From Marine group II euryarchaeote REDSEA-S42_B7 (GTDB taxonomy: Archaea > Thermoplasmatota > Poseidoniia > Poseidoniales > Thalassarchaeaceae): DNA of 64,000 nt. The stretch covers positions 20,876 to 84,875 of the forward strand of contig LURZ01000009.1 of NCBI GenBank assembly GCA_001629255.1, read 5' to 3'. The notes beneath the pieces were generated by a model that saw only the letters and a list, made by a program, of their open reading frames with translations, had not been told where the DNA came from and did not search any database. Made by a program: the position numbers and the translations under genes. Shown here piece after piece: positions 58,401 to 64,000 of this stretch; position 1 is the stretch's first letter; every line of letters begins with the position of its first letter.

Positions 58401-60633
58401 AATGACCAACTGGTCTTACCAGGTCAACGAATCCGGATTCTCACTTGACCAGTATGAGTCTCGTACCGTACTCCTAAGCATCACACTCCCCCCTCTCAGG
58501 GACGGGGATCAGATTCTCGTAGCCGACGTGATCCACAACCTCACCATGAGAGCGGTAAACATCACAGACCCGTTCCCCACATGGCCTGCAACAAGAATGG
58601 TCGATGGAGTGGCTCAGCCCGTTCCACTGTCTGAGAGGGTCGCAATTGGCGGGGGCGTACCTGCTGGGACTTCGACGCTCAAAGTCAAGGTCCTCCCCGT
58701 CTTCGATGTGGAATTGACCAAGTCCCCGCAGAGGATAGCAATAGTCCCCGGAGTGGACAGGTCAATCGAATTCGAAATGGAGAACAAGGGCAACGCACCA
58801 ATCGACCTAACCATACAGTGGGAAACCATAGACATGGAACAGGACGACTCGAAGCCAGATAGGTTCGAAGTCCGAAACTCGCTAGGCTCTACAAATCTGT
58901 ACCTGCAAGTTGGGCAGACCAGCTCAATCAGCTTCGAATTCGGAATGACACACAATGACACGATCATGGGCGAGCAAGGAACGTTCATCCTGAAGAGAGT
59001 ACCAGTGGACGCTGCAATGGAAACCCAGCAGAACTCCTTCCCGATCACCGTCGTCAGAGCCCAGACCGATGACATTTACACCCTGAGCGCCGACGCCGCC
59101 GGCCAGTACCAGTGCGAAAACAACGATGACCCGAATTGCAGGCAGATAGAGATACCATGGGTGGACATAAACTACCGAGACAGCTCATTCGACCCAAGAT
59201 CCTACACACTGGCAATGAACGGGGACAAGGACCCCTATGACGCTATAGCAGACCCCCCAGAGCGCCTCGTGGACTCAAACAGCTACCCCAAGGTTCACTG
59301 GTGGCTATACATCGACCACGACGTCGATGCACGTTCTGCTAGGTGTGAACTAGCAGATGTTGATGGAAAAGGAATCTTAGCTGATGATGATACAAGGGAG
59401 ACATGCAACTCGGCTTGGGAACTCGACGCTACCACTCCCTATGAGGGAGGGAGCCCAGACCCAGCTCACGGGGGGACCATCATACTCCAGGTAATTATCC
59501 CCGAGAAGCAGCTGGACGGGGTTGCAGCGGGAGATGGTTGGAACATCTTCCTGCAACTAAGACACCCGGAGGAGCCCAAGACAACGGAGTACTCAACCGA
59601 TCTGGTCGTCAAACTAAGGATGACAGAATCGACTGACCCCCTCGTCAACAGCATAACATTCAGGGGAGAGGGCGTAGAGGGAGAGAGCACTTTCATCGAC
59701 GTTACCGTGATAAACGCAGGATACGCAGTAATGCCGACACAATCCCAACTTAACCTCGACTGCTCTTCCACGCCATACGCAGACGTGACGAACATGTTCG
59801 CACCGTACACGATACCAGCTCTCGAGGCGAACGGGAACTTCACTGCTTCATGGGCCGTGGAACTAAACCCAATCCCATGGTATAAATCCTCAGAGACACT
59901 GACTTGCTCCGCATACATCACCTACCCGGACATCATAATGCAGATGGGCGGAATCTTCGGCAACGTCGTAGAAAATGACGTCCTGACGGAGGACCTGTCC
60001 ATTGCCTCATGGTCCACTCCATCCCTCGAACTATCCGGTCTCCAACTCCCGTCCGCGCTTCTAATCGCAGCACTCCTACTCCTCCTGGCGGTATCGCTCA
60101 TCAGACAGGGACTGGAAGAGCAAGAGAGCCGCCTGCACGCGTCATCGTACGTGGCTGCCATGGCATTCGGGGCCCTCTCGCTAACCGGCGCCTCCACGAT
60201 ACTATCACTCCTCTGCGCTCTAGCCTCCATCTTGTTCGCTGGGCTTGTAGCATGGCTATCCTCCAGCGAGCTCCAGGCGATCCATGACGACAGGAAGAAG
60301 GCCAGAATCGGAACTATGGCACTGTTGGAGGATCACGACAAGGAGCAGCGGAACACCAGGAACGAGCTCCGGGCCATCATCTCCTGCTCTCCCTACGCCT
60401 TCCTTCCATTCGTACTGATATCTCCATCCCTAGCCATAGACCTGGGGGCATCGTCGCTGATGTCCATAATCGGATTCATGATAGCATCGCCCATCCTAGT
60501 GCACGTTATCCTGAAATTCCTGGACAGCTCTTACGACAGGCTCTACAGCGAACTCGCTGACATAGAGCTCCGAGCTATCAGAATCAAGAAGATCCTCGGA
60601 AGGGCAGGCCAGAAGCCGGGAGGTGGGAACTGA
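55438..60633 (+). CDS. Giant cell-surface protein: CARDB and tandem Ig-like (COG1470/NEW3-type) domains with C-terminal multi-TM module
   Basis: Signal peptide; PDVVVTDLDV...NQGG CARDB-like domain; repeated NTGN/NSGT/NDGN/NKGN strands; about 5 C-terminal TM helices with a charged loop. Confidence 0.82.
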   Translation: MAKHSSQESSRNLHRTTKTASKATVLVALLFLSPLLAGIPVATDEENPMQSSTRQMGPDVVVTDLDVTTPSAIVGGTPTLAPVDHTIVVGTTNQGGSTAEGNVTLKVDGVLVDIRYATITPGGQVNSLMYWDATSLSGTGYEITAEWAPSSSSSDSDSSNNQMSLSGVSIAEVESASDIADSLPSDGSSLARALWEGAITVVNTGNQPVDVTAQLTLTPSLGGSSVSLSSSTEELLPGSLANPPTPANITISFDGSGLEGDYTLSGSILVSGSTQGSVTIDSRIVSFVALRASLIPANNRNVDPGSQTTLNFILQNSGTVEDNFTVTQSNNSDPANYWVNITDQIHDSTNLLNVGAQQTHAIQIPVEVPADAANGDAVIVTLTIQSDTAGYVLSASTMVMAGGTFSAEIFQNHSHSMGENFANITPGSPRTLQYTLMNTGTAPAQYQIDVGATESVPYWIIDSPVTITDVMLPNETRTLPVTITTPELEMPLNPSWKVSSIERVDLMVQAIPLQGGVPAVNQTTLLIDSIVELDISVTSEIDDITVNDIIGGNTDRFVGFEVTIVHNLGSSNTLAQVSLSAMPCTSLAPTTAASGSPWKQSTCSNGKVFLQNTPAGSSLIENSRWTATVQTSSSSSASTLELLPGETGYGMVGLSFGPTPDFQYPSAGHLNFSFMATSSWAAFSGAISRNATATVSMSIAELWSAELTSSGAANGDPGTAISSEVVLENTGNDPANFTIGYVPKPGWTITLGSTAANLVPSMTNLYNDGSSTQNQRTITVTATPPASARADETHQVWVYANSTETGELLAYAPALFTLTEVISAELYPPSSTAVITPSPSLDSRVGQKTLIALLNNTGNKNITYNLSLDNLDADKIRVCFSEEMQPCVTESTLLVPAGSQGIVRIYSTAGEDSRADEDQRFFLNASYDGDLMSSSEWKVQVAPDHAILFISTTDVSAAPGNTVDLEVVLRNDGNLMETLNLTVTFPEGMTNWSYQVNESGFSLDQYESRTVLLSITLPPLRDGDQILVADVIHNLTMRAVNITDPFPTWPATRMVDGVAQPVPLSERVAIGGGVPAGTSTLKVKVLPVFDVELTKSPQRIAIVPGVDRSIEFEMENKGNAPIDLTIQWETIDMEQDDSKPDRFEVRNSLGSTNLYLQVGQTSSISFEFGMTHNDTIMGEQGTFILKRVPVDAAMETQQNSFPITVVRAQTDDIYTLSADAAGQYQCENNDDPNCRQIEIPWVDINYRDSSFDPRSYTLAMNGDKDPYDAIADPPERLVDSNSYPKVHWWLYIDHDVDARSARCELADVDGKGILADDDTRETCNSAWELDATTPYEGGSPDPAHGGTIILQVIIPEKQLDGVAAGDGWNIFLQLRHPEEPKTTEYSTDLVVKLRMTESTDPLVNSITFRGEGVEGESTFIDVTVINAGYAVMPTQSQLNLDCSSTPYADVTNMFAPYTIPALEANGNFTASWAVELNPIPWYKSSETLTCSAYITYPDIIMQMGGIFGNVVENDVLTEDLSIASWSTPSLELSGLQLPSALLIAALLLLLAVSLIRQGLEEQESRLHASSYVAAMAFGALSLTGASTILSLLCALASILFAGLVAWLSSSELQAIHDDRKKARIGTMALLEDHDKEQRNTRNELRAIISCSPYAFLPFVLISPSLAIDLGASSLMSIIGFMIASPILVHVILKFLDSSYDRLYSELADIELRAIRIKKILGRAGQKPGGGN

Positions 60634-60634
60634 G

Positions 60635-61678
60635 ATGGCACGGACGAAGGCACCCGCGACGGGAGGGGCCGAGGCCACTCTCAAGCGGATCGACTACATC
60701 GAGGAAGAGGCCGAGAACATCCAGTTCGCGATCTGGGCAAACAGGCCCATCGGCGCCAGAAAGATGCTGAGAGAACTATCGAAGGAGGTCGAAGAGGCAG
60801 AAGGCCAGATCATGGACCTCTACAGGGCGCTCTCATCGCTAGAGCGATCTCTCGAGGAGCTCGAGCAGATGTCAGAGGGCGATCGAAACGCCTGGGACCT
60901 GACAATGCTAGGCCTGCAGCACCTCAGGGAGGGGAACTGGGGAGCAGCAGCAGATTGCGTAGAGGGCGCAGTCGCATCGATGGGCAAAGAAGGACTCGAG
61001 AGGTCACTGAACACCCTTGGAAGGCACCTCAACGAGATGGGTGAGCTCAGCGACATAGAGGACATCGCACTCACGCTGGTCAACCAGGGCAAGGAGGCAC
61101 TCGACTCCGACCTCTCGTCCGCGGCAAAGGCGTTCGAGGACGCAATCAGCGCACTCGGCCCAGTCGCAGTCAACGAGGCTGCCAGCCCCTTCCTCGTGAA
61201 CAGCTTCTTCCTCTCCATAGGGACGACATGGCCAGAGGGCAAGGACCACGCCCTGATGGTGATCACACTTGAGAACACCGGGGAGAACAACATCTCCACC
61301 ATGAGGCTTGCCCCGCCAATACCGTACGGATGGTCTGCCACTCCGAAGATGTGCGAGATCCCCGAGATACCCCCAGATGGCTTCATCGAGATCGGTATCG
61401 AGATCAGGCCATCCGGATCCTTCCCATCCACAGCACTCCTTGGAAGCAGCCTGAACATCACCACCGGATACGACGTAGAGTACGGTAGCCTCAAGATCCA
61501 GACCCGGGTCGAGAACAGGACTCCAAACACCATGCAGGGGCTCCTGTTGGATCCATGGATGCCAGAGGGCTTCGAGACGATGAGGCTCCCACTCGTGGAG
61601 AACCTCGGACCAGGGGATGTCGTTCACGTTCCCATCGAGGTACTGAACCTACGAGAAGCAGTAGGAATTGGTAGCTAA
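60635..61678 (+). CDS. Hypothetical protein: helical/coiled-coil N-terminus plus two Ig-like domains, no signal peptide
   Basis: ATG 1 nt after the upstream stop with a GGAGGTG SD; ITLENTGE...IPPDG and VENRTP...LGPGD beta-sandwich motifs. Confidence 0.75.
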   Translation: MARTKAPATGGAEATLKRIDYIEEEAENIQFAIWANRPIGARKMLRELSKEVEEAEGQIMDLYRALSSLERSLEELEQMSEGDRNAWDLTMLGLQHLREGNWGAAADCVEGAVASMGKEGLERSLNTLGRHLNEMGELSDIEDIALTLVNQGKEALDSDLSSAAKAFEDAISALGPVAVNEAASPFLVNSFFLSIGTTWPEGKDHALMVITLENTGENNISTMRLAPPIPYGWSATPKMCEIPEIPPDGFIEIGIEIRPSGSFPSTALLGSSLNITTGYDVEYGSLKIQTRVENRTPNTMQGLLLDPWMPEGFETMRLPLVENLGPGDVVHVPIEVLNLREAVGIGS

Positions 61679-61766
61679 TTTACCGCTCAGAACTGGATTA
61701 TCCAGCACATTTTCCAGTAATATCATAAATGATTAGCATTCACAGGGGGGCACGGGTGAACACGCA

Positions 61767-62405
61767 ATGAGCGAAGAATACCAGACAGTAGAAAGAAACC
61801 GAGAGGAAGGCTCCATCGGTATCGGTGCGATGATCGTCTTCATCGCCCTGATCCTAGTGGCCGCAGTTGCTTCGACGATCATCATCAAGACCGCCGAAGA
61901 GCTACAGCAGAACAACGCAGAGCAGACCAGCAGCGACACGAGGAAGGAGATTTCCGGGAAGATCAACATCGTACAGGCGCTTGTGAACACGTCGAGCTCG
62001 ACCGACGTCGAGAGCATGGTCTTCACGGCCAAGGTCGCCGCTGGAGCCCAGAACCTGGTTGCCCAGAACATCAACTGGCTCTTGACATGCGGTGACTCTG
62101 CAGCATACGGGCTCGTGGCAGGTAACCTCGGAACCGCCGCACTAGGGGGAACCGATGCTGAAGGTACCACCATCGACGGAACGGAGTCACAGAACGCGGA
62201 CAACCTCGACGGCACCGACTTCGGGACCGGTGAGATGGCCGCTGGCACCATATTCCGCTTTGACATAATTACCAATGGTGGGGACTGCGACACTCTAGCC
62301 GGAATCGGCGAGACGATGCTCCTCAAAATCATAGTAACCGATGGTGGCACAACCGTCACAGAACTGAAGATAGACTCACTAACCGCGGGGGCATCGGTGG
62401 TTTAG
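61767..62405 (+). CDS. flaB: Archaellin (FlaB/ArlB)
   Basis: Class III signal peptide REEG|SIGIGAMIVFIALILVAAVASTIIIKTAEELQQ. Confidence 0.93.
   Translation: MSEEYQTVERNREEGSIGIGAMIVFIALILVAAVASTIIIKTAEELQQNNAEQTSSDTRKEISGKINIVQALVNTSSSTDVESMVFTAKVAAGAQNLVAQNINWLLTCGDSAAYGLVAGNLGTAALGGTDAEGTTIDGTESQNADNLDGTDFGTGEMAAGTIFRFDIITNGGDCDTLAGIGETMLLKIIVTDGGTTVTELKIDSLTAGASVV
61815..61913 (+). repeat. Perfect 99-bp direct repeat, copy 1 (archaellin N-terminal helix)
   Basis: atcggtatcggtgcg...gagctacagcagaac is identical to 62463-62561. Confidence 0.92.
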
Positions 62406-63024
62406 ATGGGAGGTGATAGCATTAACGAGAGGATTCCAAGAGACCAAGAGGACTCGGGCTCGATCGGTATCGGTGCGATGATCGTCTTCATCGCCCTGAT
62501 CCTAGTGGCCGCAGTTGCTTCGACGATCATCATCAAGACCGCCGAAGAGCTACAGCAGAACGGTTGCGATCACAGACCTGATCATAAGAACCACCGGTGA
62601 CGACTTGGGATCAGGAACAGACCACGTGGCTACATTCGACGTTTTGTGGAGGGTATCGTCCGGTTCAACCGGCATCTACCCAGGTGACGTCTCCTACTAC
62701 ATCACGTGCGATCTCAGCGCAAACACTGGACTGGGTCTCGGCTTCGACGACGGACTCCTCCCAGCATCCAGCATAATTACCGAGACCCCAATAGCCGCCA
62801 CTACCGAGCTGACGGCCGGAAACACCTACTACAGCACGATTACCCTAGGAAACTCGGACTCGGACAGTGACGGTGACGTGGACACGGCCGACGTTAACCC
62901 AGGCTGCGACACCACCGCAACCCAAGGCGAGACCCTGAATATGCGAATAGTCGTTGACGGCGGCGGAGAGACCCTGACGGAGTTCACAGTACACTCCCTG
63001 ACTTGGGGCTCTTCGATGATGTGA
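62406..63024 (+). pseudogene. flaB: Second archaellin, frameshifted with an apparent deletion as assembled
   Basis: The N-terminal archaellin helix is in frame 62406. After 62561 the archaellin-like C-terminal domain (VAITDL...MRIVVDGGGETLTEF) continues in another frame. Confidence 0.75.
62463..62561 (+). repeat. Perfect 99-bp direct repeat, copy 2
   Basis: Identical to 61815-61913. Confidence 0.92.
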
Positions 63025-63075
63025 GACCCTTACAGGTTAGAGGTGCCTTGCGAGGTGGGATCATGAGGTGTTGGA

Positions 63076-63894
63076 ATGGGATTACTAGACAAATTCAGGT
63101 CTGGCTCTAGTGGCTCCTCCGATGCCGACCCCAGGATGTCATCCAGGCTGGACAAGGTAGCAAGGCTGAGCGTCGAGCACGTGGACATCCCAACCGAGTT
63201 CAGGCCGACAGACCTGGAGGCATGGCTTTTCGCCCCTTCCGGGACCAGGGTCGGCGTTCTCGGTGACCCTCAGGCGAGCCAGGGGCAGGACAAGATCCCG
63301 GAGCTGGTGGACATGGTCAAGGACAGGTTCGAGAGGCTGGAGACGGCAATGGACCTGATGGAGGCCAACATCAAGATGACCGCCCAGCAGACAGCGAAGA
63401 TAGCAGCCGATTCCGTATCTGCGGCAAGCGCCTCCGCAGGCGCTTCCCAAGACGTGATACACACCGTGGGCGATGACGGAGAGGTCACTAGCCGACCCGT
63501 GGACTCTCCCGCGTCTGAGGGCGAAGGGCCCCTATCCCATGGTGGAAAGGCCGGAGGCCCGGGACTCCTAGACCTCTACGAGGCCCAGTCCTTGGCCGTC
63601 AACCCCTTCCTGAAGAGCGGAGAGGCAGACGCCTTGATGCACGGGCCGTCAGTTGACCCCACGAAGATAGTGGCCCTTCTGCTCGACAACATGAGCGGGG
63701 CAGACTCGCTGGGATTCCTAAAGGCCGCCTCAAAGTCGGGAGTGATCACCGCGGCAGAGGAGAAGGCGCTGAGCTCAATTGCCGCGCTGGCAGAGGCCGG
63801 GGCAGAGTCAGAGGGAGCACCAACGGTCGACAACAGGACGCTCCTGACCTTCGCAGCGATGATCGAGGCTTGGAGGGCCCAGGGGACTCCCTAG
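63076..63894 (+). CDS. Archaellum accessory protein, divergent FlaC/D/E (ArlCDE)-like
   Basis: Lies directly after the archaellins; coiled coil; LLDLYEAQSLAVNPF resembles the FlaC LxLYExVSxxINPF motif; helical C-terminal domain. Confidence 0.6.
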   Translation: MGLLDKFRSGSSGSSDADPRMSSRLDKVARLSVEHVDIPTEFRPTDLEAWLFAPSGTRVGVLGDPQASQGQDKIPELVDMVKDRFERLETAMDLMEANIKMTAQQTAKIAADSVSAASASAGASQDVIHTVGDDGEVTSRPVDSPASEGEGPLSHGGKAGGPGLLDLYEAQSLAVNPFLKSGEADALMHGPSVDPTKIVALLLDNMSGADSLGFLKAASKSGVITAAEEKALSSIAALAEAGAESEGAPTVDNRTLLTFAAMIEAWRAQGTP

Positions 63895-63906
63895 GGGGGA
63901 TGGGTA

Positions 63907-64000
63907 TTGGCTGGTTCTAGCGTAGCTGCGATGGTCGTCGGCACCGTCTTCATAATGATATTCGGAATGGCAACTGTCACACTGGTCGAGAGCGTCAACG
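63907..64000 (+). CDS. Archaellum accessory protein FlaF/FlaG-like, N-terminal fragment
   Basis: TTG start after a G-rich SD; MAGSSVAAMVVGTVFIMIFGMATVTLVESVN hydrophobic N-terminus; operon position; runs off the window. Confidence 0.55.
   Translation, partial: MAGSSVAAMVVGTVFIMIFGMATVTLVESVN

Noticed and set aside
60820..62359. Several minus-strand ORFs over 200 aa
   Set aside because: Antisense to genes with strong codon bias; expected in GC-rich coding DNA.
62550..62575. Programmed ribosomal frameshift in the second archaellin
   Set aside because: No slippery heptamer or homopolymer, and conserved residues are missing rather than only shifted.
1..64000. CRISPR array, IS element, prophage, intein
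   Set aside because: No regularly spaced repeats, transposase, integrase, capsid or intein motifs were recognised by eye; weak or short elements could have been missed.

Overview
Gene-dense archaeal chromosome segment. It carries archaeal DnaG, PriL, Pcc1, MptE, phosphopantothenate synthetase, a thermosome subunit and archaellins. These sit alongside many bacterial-type metabolic enzymes and membrane-anchored extracellular proteins, which best fits Marine Group II Euryarchaeota (Ca. Poseidoniales); this is an inference from gene content, not a database result. There are about 63 CDS and two tRNAs (Leu-GAG, Cys-GCA). I found no CRISPR array, transposase, integrase or phage genes. Most of the window is housekeeping. 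The best leads are: (1) an Eco57I-type DNA methyltransferase homologue whose catalytic NPPY/W motif reads RPPW, directly downstream of an unknown protein with RHH-like, coiled-coil, PIP-box-like and winged-helix segments; (2) a 1731-aa Ig/CARDB surface protein and a cytoplasmic partner directly upstream of the archaellum genes; (3) a SpeD homologue fused head-to-tail in an operon with a deoxyhypusine-synthase-like gene, a possible homospermidine route; (4) a three-hairpin leader in front of dnaG; (5) a tRNA-Cys with an apparent A18/G55 covariation; (6) a broken second archaellin at a perfect 99-bp repeat, probably an assembly artefact. Three CDS absent from the ORF track were read by hand (1-1260, 13612-13788, 63907-64000). 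All product calls come from motif recognition only, and many start codons were adjusted by eye.
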